Notes under the pieces: model-generated
Databases searched by the model: none
What the model was told of the DNA's origin: nothing
The model's input: the letters and a program-made list of their open reading frames with translations, nothing else
Assembly: GCA_020891255.1 (NCBI GenBank)
Contig: BQFW01000013.1
Span: forward strand, 620,001-684,000
Reading direction: 5' to 3'
Source of the DNA: Entomortierella parvispora E1425
Lineage: Eukaryota; Fungi; Mortierellomycota
Length of the DNA stretch: 64,000 nt
Translations under genes and position numbers: made by a program
Shown here: positions 13,784 to 27,044 of the stretch, in pieces
How positions within the stretch are numbered: the first letter of the stretch is position 1
Layout of the letters: each line of letters opens with the position of its first letter

Positions 13784-14695
13784 TCATTTGCGCTTCTTCC
13801 ATCCATCCAGGAACGTGGTAACTGTGCGCGGGAACTGGGCCGTCTGCAGCATGTCGTCGTGCGAGCCCCAGTCGCCAAACTCGATTGAAACTCGATCCTC
13901 CTTGCCAGCACCAGCAACTGCCCGCAAATGAGCTACATAATCGTGTGCCTGTGGTGGGTCCACCAGCTCGTCCTGGTTCGAGTGAATTACAGCGTACGAA
14001 GGCAGCACAAATGGCGCCTCGTCCTCGCTGGCTGGGACCTGCTGGCCCTGAGGGGATCCCTTGACAAGAGCCTCGGGGTTCTGTCCAAAGCCCTGAATCA
14101 CGAAATCACGGTAAGAAGGCCAGGTCTTCAAGAGCTTGCCCACATCGTAGATACCCTCGACACCAATCACGCCCTTGATAGATCCATGAAGCGTTCCTCG
14201 GGGCAATTTAGCTGCAAATTCTGCTGGGTGCAAGTAGATGTCAGGTCGCAGAGCTAGCAGACCAGTGATCTGTCCTCCAGCTGAATGTCCTACCAGGAAC
14301 ATGCTTTCAGGGTTGTAGTCCCCAGTGTCAAGACCGCGCGTGTACAGAAAGGCGAGTGCAGCCGCCACATCGTTGACGTGTTTTGGGTGCTGAGCTTTCG
14401 TAGGGACCGAGGTGGGGTCGTCCTTGACGGCGGCAATCGAAAGTGTATAGTTGACGACTGCAACAACGTCGCCTGTGGACTCTGCCAAGTCCTTGGCCAG
14501 TTGAACAAAGCCACTTTTGTCGCCGGTACGCCAGGCACCGCCATGCACAAAAACGATTATGGAGCGGGCCCAATGACCAGAGACCTCGTCATCATAGTGG
14601 CGCGAGGGGTAGTAGATGTCCAGGGTATGTTTCTCCCAGTTGGAGATGGGAGCATAGACAATGTCGCTGTCAACGGTCTTTGAGGAGCTGGACAT
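13784..14695 (-). CDS. Alpha/beta hydrolase, kynurenine formamidase (BNA7/AFMID)-like
   Basis: HGGAW oxyanion motif, GHSAG nucleophile elbow, HSNQDELVD acid and GSHDD His. The likely start MSSSSK is at 14695; the ORF extension upstream of it looks like UTR. Confidence 0.85.
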   Translation of the reverse strand: MSSSSKTVDSDIVYAPISNWEKHTLDIYYPSRHYDDEVSGHWARSIIVFVHGGAWRTGDKSGFVQLAKDLAESTGDVVAVVNYTLSIAAVKDDPTSVPTKAQHPKHVNDVAAALAFLYTRGLDTGDYNPESMFLVGHSAGGQITGLLALRPDIYLHPAEFAAKLPRGTLHGSIKGVIGVEGIYDVGKLLKTWPSYRDFVIQGFGQNPEALVKGSPQGQQVPASEDEAPFVLPSYAVIHSNQDELVDPPQAHDYVAHLRAVAGAGKEDRVSIEFGDWGSHDDMLQTAQFPRTVTTFLDGWKKRK

Positions 14696-15000
14696 GGCAA
14701 AACGATAAGGCCTGGGGCTGATGGGAAAACGGAAGATGGAATGAAAAGGAAAACCTGCAGCGTTGGTCCTGTCCTGTCTCCTTTCCAACGGTCCGTTCCT
14801 CTTAAGCGCAGAGCCAATTGCACTCTCCCACCGTGCAAACAACCGCGCGATTTCAATCCAGTCGAGTTGCGTGCTTCCTTCGTGCATAGATAACAGGCTG
14901 CCTGGTCAGATCCCTTTTTTCGCCTCATCCCCAACCCAACAAACATCCAGACAGCCCCAAGTCTGCAGTCCGCCTGCCTGCACGACGCGTCCATAAAGCG

Positions 15001-16926
15001 ATGCATCATATCGTCTTGCTGGGGTCTTGCTCTCTTTCTCTTTTTTTTCTCCGCTCTTTGCCTCCTAGTCTTCTCCACAGACGAACGAATCCATCCCTAG
15101 TAGCGCCATATCCCTCACTTTCTCTTTCTTCCTTCTTCTCAATGCCATCCCTACCTCTCATCGACAGTGAGGCCCTCACGGTGTTGGAGTCTGATGCCGT
15201 GACCAAAAGAGCCATCAGCCAATACTCTCGCACCCCAGTACTCCAGAAGCGCCATGGCCCCGCCTGGCAAGCCATGCACGCCAAACATAATGGACATCAC
15301 TCAAAGTCAGGACACCATCACTCTCGTGGTGGTCATCATCATAGTCGCCAACACGGAAGTCACCACCATCATCACCACAAATCTGGCTCTGATCATAAAC
15401 ACAAGGGGAGCCAGCACCATGGCAGCCACAAGTCGGACAACCACAAACACGACAAGCACGACAAACACGACAAACACGACAAACACGACAAACACGACAA
15501 GCACGACAAACACGACAAGCACGACAAGCACGACAAGCACGACGAACACCACAGCAAGCATGATGACGACAATGACAAACATTTCAATGGCGAGGATAAA
15601 GGGAAGAAGCACCATGGATCCGAAGAGCATGAACACCATCACGATAAAGAAGGTGCGGATAAAAAGAAAGGCGGTAAGGACAAGTCTAAGGGTAGTGAAG
15701 ACAAGAACGGCAAAGGCGATTCCAGCGGTGATAACAAGCACACTGGTGGCCAAGATGACAAGGCAGGAAAGAACAAAGGAGGTAACAATGCGGGAACCTC
15801 TGGACCTCATGGTGACAAAGACAGCGGTAAAGGGGATAATACCAGCACCAACAATCCAGCTAAAGGAGTTTCTGGGGGGAGTGGTAAAGGTGGCAGCAAC
15901 TCCAGTACCAGTGGTCCAGCCAAGGGTAGCGGAAGTAGCAAGTCTGGGGACAACCAGGCAGACGGGGGACACCAACGTGAGGGTGACAAGGAAGATCCTG
16001 ACGGTAAACCTCCAACTCAAGGAGGGAGCACTCGAAAGCCTAAACCTGCAGATCCGACGAACGGCGATGGCAAGGCAAGCAACGGCAGTGACAAGGCAGG
16101 CGACGGCAATGACAAGGAAGGCAACGGCAATGACAAGGCAGGCAACGGCAATGGCAAGGCAAGCAACGGCAACGATCCAAGTGATGGCGGCAAATCAAAG
16201 GACGCACTTGTACCACCAACCGATGCAAAAGCGATCCCAGGAACACCATTCTTCTCGAATAATGGCTCCAACATGGTTCCTTGGGATCCCACCGGTGCCA
16301 ATCAGGTATCGGCTGGCTACCCACCACCTTCGTTGCCATCCGCAGCAGCCCCAGTGGAAGACAAATCTTTTGGACCCAAGGTGATCACCTACACTTTGGT
16401 GCCATTGACAGTGATTGCAGGATTGGCGTTCGGTGTGATTGCGTACAGACGAAAGATGAAGAGAAGAAGACTCCTTCGCCGTCGTATCCAAGAGGACGCG
16501 GAAGCCGCGGCTGCAGCTGCCGCAGCCATGTCGTCCAGAGATGACGATGCAGCCTCGGTCATGAGCGAGGTCAGCTACCGTCCTCCAGCACCCTATACTA
16601 GCGAGGTGGATATCACGACAGAGACCATGGAGAACCAGAATCCGGATATCGTTGCTGGTAGCGGCACCCCTCATTTGATTTCTCCCCCCAAGCGCGACGA
16701 GACTCGTACGGACATCTACGAGGATTACTCTCATGTATGCCAGGCTCAGATAATGGGCAAGAAATGCACCAACCACAGCATTAGTTGTTTTGTCGCTTTG
16801 AACCACAGTTCTGGGGGCCTGAACGCCACTCCGGCTGCCAGACCCGCCCCAAGCCCTAACGCGATGGCCATGCCTTCTTTGGCCCCAATGACTGAAAAGA
16901 TTGAGACCGACACTATGAACCCTTAA
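15001..16926 (+). CDS. His-rich low-complexity single-pass membrane protein (orphan)
   Basis: 641-aa ORF with a His-rich tract, (HDK)n and GNDKA repeats, one hydrophobic span VITYTLVPLTVIAGLAFGVIAY followed by RRKMKRRR. The start (15001 vs 15142) and a possible 3' intron near 16735 are unresolved. Confidence 0.75.
   Translation: MHHIVLLGSCSLSLFFLRSLPPSLLHRRTNPSLVAPYPSLSLSSFFSMPSLPLIDSEALTVLESDAVTKRAISQYSRTPVLQKRHGPAWQAMHAKHNGHHSKSGHHHSRGGHHHSRQHGSHHHHHHKSGSDHKHKGSQHHGSHKSDNHKHDKHDKHDKHDKHDKHDKHDKHDKHDKHDKHDEHHSKHDDDNDKHFNGEDKGKKHHGSEEHEHHHDKEGADKKKGGKDKSKGSEDKNGKGDSSGDNKHTGGQDDKAGKNKGGNNAGTSGPHGDKDSGKGDNTSTNNPAKGVSGGSGKGGSNSSTSGPAKGSGSSKSGDNQADGGHQREGDKEDPDGKPPTQGGSTRKPKPADPTNGDGKASNGSDKAGDGNDKEGNGNDKAGNGNGKASNGNDPSDGGKSKDALVPPTDAKAIPGTPFFSNNGSNMVPWDPTGANQVSAGYPPPSLPSAAAPVEDKSFGPKVITYTLVPLTVIAGLAFGVIAYRRKMKRRRLLRRRIQEDAEAAAAAAAAMSSRDDDAASVMSEVSYRPPAPYTSEVDITTETMENQNPDIVAGSGTPHLISPPKRDETRTDIYEDYSHVCQAQIMGKKCTNHSISCFVALNHSSGGLNATPAARPAPSPNAMAMPSLAPMTEKIETDTMNP
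15447..15545 (+). repeat. 9-nt coding tandem repeat CACGACAAR, (His-Asp-Lys) x about 11
   Basis: Visible directly in the sequence. Confidence 0.95.
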
Positions 16927-17098
16927 AGTGCTCGCAGCACTTATAGTAGAGAGCTGTTTTTCAACCACAACAATATTCAAGACTAGTAACAGCATAAAAA
17001 TGGCCATGTTCAGGATGCTTTTTTTTTCTTGAAGTTTCTTTTACATGCGAGGGATAATAATAATAATGGGCAAGACTGAAAATGAGATAATACCGAGT

Positions 17099-20000
17099 TC
17101 AAGTACGTTCGTTTCTAGTACTCTTTCGGAAGAACGACAGCTTCTTTAGCTTTGTAGGGGTATGATCGTCCGAGTTGGAGTGTCCTCCTTGGAACAGGCC
17201 TTTGCTGCTTCCACCACTTGTTCTTTGCCCGGCCATACCAACACTGCCGATTGGGGCCGAGGGAGTTGGCCGACGGGGCTCAATGGCCAGGCTCTTTCTA
17301 TAGCTCCGGTCTTGGTCCTGATCTTCTGTACATTTCAGGATATAGTCCCGGATTCGAGGGACCTCAATGAGTTCGTATTCGCCTTGGAAATCGCGAAGTT
17401 CCTGGACAGTCCTGGCCAATTGATAGAATCGGCCATACCGAAGGAGCTTACGCGTTGGCGTTGTATGGGCCGGCATTGGCGTGTTGGGGGGTGCCTCTTG
17501 AGAATTGGACGTGTTGGAAGACGTAGACGACGATCGGTTGGCTGGCTGTGGAGGATCCTTGTAGAACGAGTTTCCGTCCTCAACGTAGGAGATGACGGTG
17601 AGGAAGAGACCTGGTTTTGGTGAAAGAGAGAGTTGTTCTTGTCGTTAGACATGAGAAAATGGCGGCAAGAACATGGTTTCGAAAAAAATAATTTTTTACG
17701 AAAATCTTACCGAGAAAAGGGATGCAAGGAGCCTGAACTGTCTTGAGCTTTGCCCTGTACACACTAAAATTGACATCGCTCGAAACAACGCGTTTCAATT
17801 GCAACGACCGCTCATAGTACGCCTTGCTGATACCCTAGATGACGTGATGGAGTTTTTGTGTTCAGTAAAAAAAAAAAAAAGGAAAAAAATTGTCAAAAAG
17901 TTTGTGTAGATCATACCTCCCAAGTGTTGTAAAGTCGCTTGACAGATGTCGATTCGATCGCACTGGTAATGGCCATGAGCGTATCATAGTTGTTGAGCTT
18001 CAAACATTCCTCGCCAACCTCGATCCAGTGCTTGACACATCCAATTCGCCTCTTGAGATCAGTCTCGCCGACAATAGTGTCTGTCACCCAAATTGTGATC
18101 TATACCGTGGATCAAGTGGACATGGTCAGCTTTTCTCTTCACATTATCGATATTAACTCGACTGTTCTGTTTTTGTTGTACCTTATTGGACAGCTGGATC
18201 ATCTTGGAGCAATTGGGTCGTTCTTTGACTAGCAATTCCAAGTAGGGAATCTCGTTGTACAGCTTTCCGACCATGAACGTCAACTGTCTTGCCAACTCGA
18301 TCGGTTTGATTTCTGTCACGGGTACTTTACACATGGTTGCCTCATTTGAAAGCGCATTCAAAAGCGCCTTATTCACCTGGGGTGCTGGTGGTCCTATCCG
18401 ACCGTAGATGCTCTCGCGTCCGGTCAATCCCACGATGCCCATTTTTCTTGTCGCATCCTCTCCATTTGAAGACTTATCTTTGCCAGTCGTCAGTGGGCGA
18501 TAGCTGTTGATGCTGCTATTGCTATTGTTGGCTGTGCTGTTGCTGCTAGCTGTACTGTGGACGCTTCCATTACTTCCGTTATCCCTTGACATGGTACCAG
18601 AGATGTTGCTGCTGAGTCCAAGATCCTGGTCAAGTCGTTCACGAGAACGAGCCATGTGCATCGTCATCTGCTGTTGTTGCTGCGCTTTCATGAAAGTAGA
18701 GCCCATGCCACCATTGTTCGAGTGACTCTTGTTTTCCATTTGGTTCAGAAGGTCCAAAAGACGTCCAGCGTGTCCTGGTAAAGAGTCCATCATCTCTTGA
18801 GATACAAAGTCTTTGATCGGCTTTAGGGCATCCTGATCCTTTTCAGGTACCCAGAATCGATCCACCCAGGTCTTGAGCGCTGTATGAACCCTAGATTGAC
18901 AAAAGAAATAAAAAGCTGTGTTAATAATATGTTTGGTGGCAATTTTTTTTCTTTTCTTTTTGTCATTTACCTCTTTTGAACACGGTCCTTCTTCTGTTGT
19001 TCCCAAATAGGGCGCTCGTGCTCTGCTAATCCCTTTGGAGGCCATTGAACGAATCGACGGACAAGGTGGGCCACGCATTCTTTCGGGGTCGTAAACAGTC
19101 GGAATGTTGTAAAGAACGTGTTCACGAACGCGGTCTCGGGCGCAGTCTTGTGTGATGTCAAGATCTCAATGTAGGCTTCGAACGTGGCCGCCATCAAATT
19201 GCCATTTTCGTGGTACATGATTTCATCCGGCTCATAGTCGTTCTCCAGGAACCATGCTGTGCTGTTCACGTCTGCATCCTGTTGGGGCCGTTTGAATTCA
19301 CCGCTGATTCGCCCTTTTGCACTAAAGGTAGTAACAATGGGCGACGACTGAGACTGGCCCACACGATTTGGTCGAGGACGATAAGGCGTGGGACCACCTT
19401 TAATGGGCTGCATGAGCTGGGCAGAGCTTTCCAAAGAGATGGAACGTCTGGATTCCTGATGATAAGGCCCTCTGTTCCTGTTGGCTGGAGAAAGGGGTCT
19501 CCTGGCGGATGAAGGCTGAGCAAAATCGGTTGCGACACTCAGAGTGGAATGAACGCTCTCCCGTCTTTGATTTCGAACAGGCTTTCGACCATTTCCACCG
19601 CTGTTTCCAGTATTGTTGCTAAATGTGCCGCCAATCTCTATAAAGTTCCGGATATTGGGTGTAGTTGGTGTTGTGAGTCCGGCAAAAATCTCGTCATCCG
19701 TGGCAAAGAGTTCTGACCGCAGAGCATTGGCAATATTATTGGATTTCGAAAGTCGTCGCTGGGCCGTTAGGGACGAAGCAATGCCTCCTTCTCGTTGAAA
19801 TGAGAGATTGAGAGGACGCACTGAGGTCAAGGAAAGAGGCTCGATCGAATGATTCGAGGAACCATCACTTGACTTGCGTGGTAACCTGGCCGGCCGGGTC
19901 GTGCCCTCGTTGGGGATCGCGCTTTCTGATCCTCGTCTGGCATTGGGAACGCTGGCAGGGCTGAGGTTCATCATACTGTTGTTGTTCCTACCGTCGTAAT

Positions 20001-23000
20001 GACCATGACCATTGCTGCTTGCTGTCGTTTTGGAGGAAATGGTCTTGGTATCAGTGCCTGCCATGCGGGGGCTCGATGGTAGTTGAGGTGATAGACCTGA
20101 AGTCTTGCCCATCCGTCTAGAAGGCTCGAGGCGAGGCGAGGGCTGAATAGGACTGCGAGATCGAGCGACCCCTGTGGGTCGTGGGATCGATCCTGAGCGT
20201 TGGCTAGCCGACGCTGCCGCCGTTGTAGTCCTAGACCGGACTGAGGCTGGAACATTCACACCAAGTCCGATTGAAGCAGCTGTCTCCGTAGTATTACCTC
20301 GGTTAGCGGCAGTCCTGGTGGTTGGTCGATTCAAAGCTAATGGCCTTGGGACCCTCTCCGCCCGGGATGCTCCTGTAGTCGCCGCTTCCACCTCTGTTGT
20401 TGAAGGATCCCTTGATCGCAAGCTGGGCTTTAGTGGTAATTCCTCCGCGGTGACTTTAGGAGCAGAGGAAGTTTTGTCAAGGGACGACAACGGCTCAAAG
20501 GTAATCGGAGACACGGCAAAGAAGGACTCTGTGATCTGGCGTTCTGCTGCCTTGATGGCTCCATCCAGTTCCAGCAAGGTCCTGTCCCGCTCTCCTGCCT
20601 GCTCCACGGCCTTTACTTCTACCATTCCATTAGCAACGGCGCTAGGATTGGTGTCGTTCGCCTCCTCCAGGATTGCAAGGCTCTGAACCGACTCCTTTGT
20701 AAAACTATTTGTTAATTCTCCATGGGGCGAGATACCTCCGCTGGAAATGACTACTGCAGAGTCATGACCAATACGATACTGCTCCTGCAAGTTCTTTTCG
20801 AGATCATGGGCCTCTCCATACTTGGCGTTCTGGTCAGGCACTTGCTGATCGGCGACGTCCAAAGAATAGTTCTGCCCCATGACTTGCTTCCTGTAGCTGT
20901 CACTAAGCGAGTTGAGAGAAACAAACTTCCGGTTGACGGGAAAGGGCTCTTCCTGAGAAGGTGGGTCCTGACGTGCGACAGCCGGAGCAGTGTTTCTTGA
21001 AGAGGCCCCGATTCTCATTGAACGAGGCTCCTCATAGAGTGAATCGAATCCAGCGGCGCTCTCGGCTGTCGATACTTCCTGAGTAGCCAACGAAGTGGTG
21101 GAGGAGGATGCCGATACGGTGGGTACTATAGCATCAGGAGCGATGGCTACAGCGTCTATTACAATGCTGTTGCTGTTGAGGGGATCTGCCCTTGTTGATG
21201 TCATGGCCAGGGTTCTAGCCTTCAGTACTGTTGGTGGAGGAGAATTATTTTTGGCCGAAGGTCTATCCTGAGCAAATGACACTCGTGTCTTACGAGTATC
21301 CTGCTCCTGCTCCTTCTCTTGCTGTTGCTGCTGGCGTGCCTTGGAATTCGGCTCCAGATCAGCTAGGTGCCTTAACAGAACAGAAGCCAGAGTCATCAAT
21401 CGGTTCAGGATTTCCTCAAAAGGTCGCAGCATACTCTCTTCGTCCGTTTCCAGCGTTTGAATGTACTCAAAGACCTCTGTCAACGCCAACGAAAGCTGAA
21501 ACTTTTGAGCCACAACCTCTTCTTCCTCTTTGATGTTGGTCCTGATTCGCATCTCTTCTGCACTTGCCAGCAACATCTCGACTGCTTGACCACATTGCAG
21601 GGTTGTTCTCAAGATAGATCCCAGATCTGAATGAGTTGTGCCACCGTTGAGACATTCCATATATTCGGCCAACAAGAGCTCGACAGCCTTCTTGGCCGTA
21701 GCGTGCTTTTGAAGATGTTCTGACCTCCACTGTCGGACTGCGTTGAATGATTTGAATCCCTTGGCAGAATTGGCTCTCGAGACACGCCTCTTTGGGCGTC
21801 CGTAGAACGCCAAGTCTGGATCATTAGAGGCTATAAATGCCATATCCAGAGGTCCGAGGGCAGGGGATCCTTCCATGCCTGTTAATCCAAAAGCTCCGCC
21901 GGATCCCATTGATGCCTCCGCCATGATCCTGAGCCCAATTTCTGTGGCGCAAGAGGTAAAATCAGAGATACCTCTCAACACCCGATTGCCCAAGAGGACC
22001 AACTTCTCGACCGCCAACTGTCGCTGGCGTGTCGTCGTTGGACTCTGGGATCCATTTGCAACCCGACATTTCGCGTAGAGGTTTCCAAGGGCCCTCAACA
22101 TTGTCTGGCGGGATCGAGCCAATTCCGGATAAGTCTTCAAGACCTTGCTATCCCGACCGATCGTGTCCGTGAAGCCCAACAGCGATTTCACGCAGGAGAA
22201 CATATTGGCGACAATGGGTTGATACCGTTGGATCTCTCCTGCAGCGATCGAATCCCGCAATTCTCGAACGTACAGTGCCACTTCTGAGACGAAATCTGAA
22301 TAAACGCAGGAAAGGTCGATGTTGTTGAGGCTGGTAGCCGAGGACATTTTCATTTGATAAAAGCCGTCGTTCTCCATATCAGTGGAGCTGGACTCTGAGT
22401 CTCTATGCGTTGCTCCATTGTTGTAGTTGCCGTCTCGTGTGGTTGATGTGGTGCTCACAGGTCCCAATGCTGCAGATCCGACCCTTGATCCAGCAGTGTC
22501 CGCAGAGGTGGAAGATGAGAGCTGTTGGTTCTGTGTGGCAAGATGGGTTGGGGGAAAAGCTAATTGTCCGCCTCGGTTCCGCCTCGCGCTTGCGGGTGCG
22601 TCCGTTGTGGCGGTCCAGTCCATCTCATCCGAAGCACGATGTTGCTGTTGCTGCTGTTGCTGCTGTTGCTGTTGTTGTTGCTGCTGTTGCTCCTGTAACT
22701 CCTGCAACTCTTGGTCTTGTTGTTGTTGCTCTGATGTCGTGAGAACAGGCTCCCCCAGGAATTGAGTCTCCACGCCATCGAGCCCTGAGCGAATCTGGTC
22801 ATAGTCCTCTGAAGTGATCTAGAAAGAAAGAAGGTGTAGAGGGAAAAAAGAAAGTTTCGTCAGTTTTTTTTTTCTTGTGTTCAATGTGGTTAGGACACAA
22901 AAAAAAAGGCGGTTTGTAATGCAAAAAAAACTCAGTCCTTTGTCAAGCGATTTTATTTACAGAGGTAGGACGCGACTGGCACTACGGTCGTACGAAGAGA

Positions 23001-23634
23001 GTAGTTGAGTGAGTGAGAACGTTTCAACAACAACCCCCGTTCATGCGGCAAGACCGAAAAAAAAAAAGTTAGCAAATATTGCAGGAAGGGGGGGAAGAGG
23101 GAAGGAGAAAAGGAAGGAGAGAAGGGGGGGAGTGAGCATGGAAGGTAAAAGCACGCAACTCGAAATAAAAAAGGTCCGAGGCTTTGCTTGTTTATGTTTT
23201 AAACAGGGCAAATGGCGGGAGAACAAGAACAAAAACAGGCAGGGTAGAGGGGTTGGTGGGGAGAAGGAGCAGGAAGAAAAAAACGGACAAAGGGAGAAAG
23301 TAAAAAAAGGGACCAGGAAGAAGACGAGGAAAAGAAAAATGATCATCACATTCAAAAATAAACTTACATCTGCTTCTTGTTCATCGTACACCGGTTCGAC
23401 TCGTTCGACTCTGTTGCTTGGGAACCACCCTCGCCCGTTCTCACTTTCGCCCAACCACCAACCAGACTCCTCGCAATGGCGCACCTTGATGTATTGGAAC
23501 TGTTCAAACGCCAGGTGGCCAACACTATCTGCCTGGTAATCGTGTGCAGGTTGGTAGTCATGGAGGGCTCGGACAATAAAATCAACATGAACAGGAGCGT
23601 TGTTGTTGGGATTGCCACTGCTGCCACCGTTCAT
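17099..23634 (-). CDS. CDC25: Ras guanine-nucleotide exchange factor CDC25-like (SH3, REM and RasGEF domains); multi-exon
   Basis: N-terminal SH3 (VRALHDY..LAF..GWWLGE..GRGWFPSNRVE), REM (ATFEAYIEILT..FFTTFRLFTTP; ALKTWVDRFW), and GEF core (ELARQLT; PCIPFLG; INWPGL; PRIRDYI). Confidence 0.9.
22640..22735 (-). repeat. PolyQ-encoding CAG/CAA microsatellite within the CDC25-like gene
   Basis: (tgc/tgt)n run on the + strand; the translation contains a run of about 16 Q. Confidence 0.9.
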
Positions 23635-25599
23635 AGCGGCAGGCTCATTGGAAGTCGAGGGTGACAGTTTTTTGGTGGAAGGGTTCTGAGGGGCCGCCAG
23701 TAGAGGGTGATAGGGTGATGGGGGACAAAGATCGGTCCCAGCACTCGTAGTTGAATGGTCGAAACTGTCGACTGCAAGGGTGGTGGGGGAGTGTCAGGTC
23801 CCGATGGATGAGGAGAGCACAGACGGGGTGACTTGCGCTGGCTGTGTGGGTGAGGAGGTGAGTGTGAGAGATTGACCAGGCGAGAGAGAAGAAGCGAGCG
23901 AGAAGCAATTGAGTGTGGAGGAGGGAAGCGGGAAAGAAAGGGGTGCAGGGTATATGGGACAGACTGTCTCTTTTTTTTTTCTTTTCACTTGAGCGCAAAC
24001 CTCCCTTCTGCTTTGGAGATCAACGGACAGAAACAAGAGAACAAGAAAGGATCAATTGGAACAGATAGCACAGAAAAATGAAGGCTGCTCTGGAGAGTTT
24101 GGAGCTTGCTAGAGGGACCAGCTGTGTCGTGCTCCAAGCAAAGGACGTGGAGGATGAGAAGGGAGGTGTTTGATTGAGAACAAGAGAGAGAGGGAAAAAA
24201 AACGAGAGGTAAGTATAAAAAAAGGAGTGGCGAAGGGGGGCGGGCGGGGAGGACGACGAGGAGGAGGTGATGAAGTGTGAGGAGTCCGTGAAGAACAAGA
24301 GTTGAGTGAAAAGTGAAGAGTTGAACAGAGAGAAAGAGAGGAAGGCGACAAAAAAGAGAGGGAAGCAGGGGGGGGAACACAAGGAGGTGTGGCAGCACCA
24401 AAGGCTATTGAGGGACGCCTGCCCCGCCCGGCCGCCTGGCCCAGGAACACATTTATTTATTTATGCTGCATGCCGTGTCTCTGTGTCCGCATGTTTGACA
24501 TGTTTGTGGTGAACGGTTGGTTGTGTCCGTTGTGTGCCATGAACTTTCTCCAACAGGCGCGGTAGGTGGACGCGCGAGAGATTAAACCCCTCTCCATCCG
24601 CAGGGGGTAAAAAGGCAACGGCAGGAATCAAACGGTCGGGAAAAAACAACAAGAGCCGGTACGATGCAGTGGTATGGCGGGTGGACATCATCGAAGGCTA
24701 GCGATGCTCGTGTCTTGCAAAAAAGTTCATCCTTCTTTTGAAGGATGCAAACAAGCTGCTATTCCCAATTGAACTTTCAATTAGCGGTGTGGCGCTATTT
24801 CCCACCGCCACATTCGTTTTCAGTGGCCTTCCTGGCGGAAGCACAGAGACCAGATCAATTGGGCACTCTCCTTTACTTTGACGCCAGACGGAGCAGGGCC
24901 AAAGCAGGCTGTCCTACAATGGCGGTTGTCGCCAAGAGCTGCGAACCAAGGGGGTGCCTGAAGTCTACGACAGCCATGTACCTCTCAGGGTGCGAATGGT
25001 GCCTTAATATAAACTGGTCGTTTATTGCCCTAAAAATATCGAGATGAACCCTCTGGACAAGAGCAACACGACTGGAACGATCCACAGGCGCGATCTGCTC
25101 GCGTGCAATACATGGCGCTCCCTTTCCTTTACCTTGAACTGAAGGCGATGAACAGACGGATCAAATTGCTGGCATCCTCGGCATAGAAGAAGAGGAGAGA
25201 GGCTAGTATCAGATTCGGTCCTCTTTCCTTCGTTACTGGCACCTGGCCAACAAAGGTGCCTTAGGGTGCTGCTTCGAAGGGATCCGTTCATGCAAATTCT
25301 GTTTCTCTTGAAAGACGCACCGACGTCTGTGGCAATGGCTTTTTATGTCTTCTCCTCAGGCCGGTTCTCGATCCACCCCCTTAATCTTCCTTTGCTCTGT
25401 ACCAGGCGCACGCAGCCAACGACCCCCCGTTTCCCCTGAACATGCTCCGTGCTTTCGTGTTTTCGGAAGGGTTCGTGTCACAGACCTGATACAAGTCACA
25501 GGGCGGGGAAGACTCCAGCCAATGCACATCTGTTGTTTCTTTCCGCCCTCCTCATTGCCCCCATTAGCATTTGGCAAAGTCCATTACCCTCTCGCCAGC

Positions 25600-26790
25600 A
25601 TGAACCCAGCTCTCCGCGCACTCAAAAACACTGTCAGGAAGGACATGCGACAGAAGCTCGCTGCTCTGTCGACCGATGAAATCAAGCGACAATGTAAGCG
25701 AGACCGATGAGACCCACCTGGAGAGGCCACAAGCAACCCAGGCAACTGAGAAGCTTCCATTTGCAGGGACCAGCCTATATGACGCGTTTGAGTGTGTCTG
25801 CGAGGCTGCTGAAAAAGGGCATGCCGACAGAGAGATGAAACCCCTGGCTTTTTTTACATGTTTTCATCATCTGTCTGACCTAAAACCACTCGTTTATCAC
25901 TCGGTCGCCACCCCCTTGTCCGACCCAAATGAATAGCCTCTATTGTCACCGAAAAGCTGCTAAACATGCCAGCGCTGAAAGAGAGTCAGACTGTGAGCGT
26001 CTACATTAGCATGCACGGCGAGATTTGCACCCAGGATCTGATCCACGCTCTCTTGATCCAGAGTAAGTTAGACCAGGATCCTTATCTGAGCCTGTCCCCC
26101 AGCAGCTCTTTTAATCTCCTGGAGGACAGATTCGCGTCATTTCCTTCCCAAAATACCCAAGATCTCCCCCATTTACATCTATTTCTCACATATCCTCTCG
26201 CTTTTTTTATTTCCGATAATTAGAAAAAGCATGCTATGTTCCAAGATGTCATGGAAAGGACATGGACATGGTCAAGATTGAATCTTGGGAGGATTTTTTA
26301 GCCTTGCCTAAAAACAGTTGGAACATTCCTGAGCCAAGGATAGATGAAGAGCGCGAGAATGGTAAAGAACGACATGGGAAAAAAAAGGCGCACTGTCGAA
26401 AGATTCCGACGCACTGACACTCTAGTATCGTCTGCGTTCTCCTATCCTCACCCTTAGTGCTCAACACCTCACGCGGACTTGATTTTATTGTCATGCCAGG
26501 GCTTGCTTTTGACCGGGCAGGAACACGCATGGGTCATGGTCGTGGCTATTACGACAATTACCTTGTCAAAGCTAACAACTACAACAGGTCAATTGGACGT
26601 CCTGATGTAAAGACTGGTAAGACAAAGGAGCAAGATCCCACACGCTTTTGTTGCCAAATTCTCATGGGCAATTCCCTGATTTTCTCGTGATTTCCACACA
26701 GTGGCGCTAGCACTTACAGAGCAGATGGTGGACGAACCTTTGCCAAGATGCGAGACAGATATCAACCCTCAAGACATCCTCCATCCGTGA
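25600..26790 (+). CDS. FAU1: 5-formyltetrahydrofolate cyclo-ligase (MTHFS); about 5 exons
   Basis: [37 protein letters not shown] and [29 protein letters not shown]; the last exon ends at TGA 26790. Confidence 0.93.
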
Positions 26791-26971
26791 GCTCCACACG
26801 CTTGCGAACAAAAAAAATAACCCGTTCGACCTTTTCTACAGGCACCATTTCATGAAATATGTCAATTAAGGGTATAAAGCAAGCGATTTGATTGGTTGGA
26901 TATTTAAGGTTTGACGGCGCAGAGGTTGTTACACAAAGTGATCTGATAATGAATCGTCAAACATCCGAAAA

Positions 26972-27044
26972 GCCCGGCTAACTCAATCGGTAGAGTGTCA
27001 GACTTTTAATCTGAAAGTTGCGGGTTCGACCCCCGCGTTGGGCG
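26972..27044 (+). tRNA. tRNA-Lys (TTT anticodon)
   Basis: 73 nt. Anticodon arm TCAGA-CTTTTAA-TCTGA, T arm GCGGG-TTCGACC-CCCGC, acceptor GCCCGGC/GTTGGGC, followed by a T-run. Confidence 0.96.

Noticed and set aside
15254-16384. Thr-rich mucin-like ORF and the antisense (CLS)n Cys-rich ORF
   Set aside because: Alternative-frame readings of the HDK and GNDKA repeats; the His-rich frame is longer and contains the TM segment.
24873-25291. Short minus-strand ORFs with GT/AG-like boundaries between CDC25 and FAU1
   Set aside because: No recognisable domain and no coherent gene model; a degraded gene cannot be excluded.
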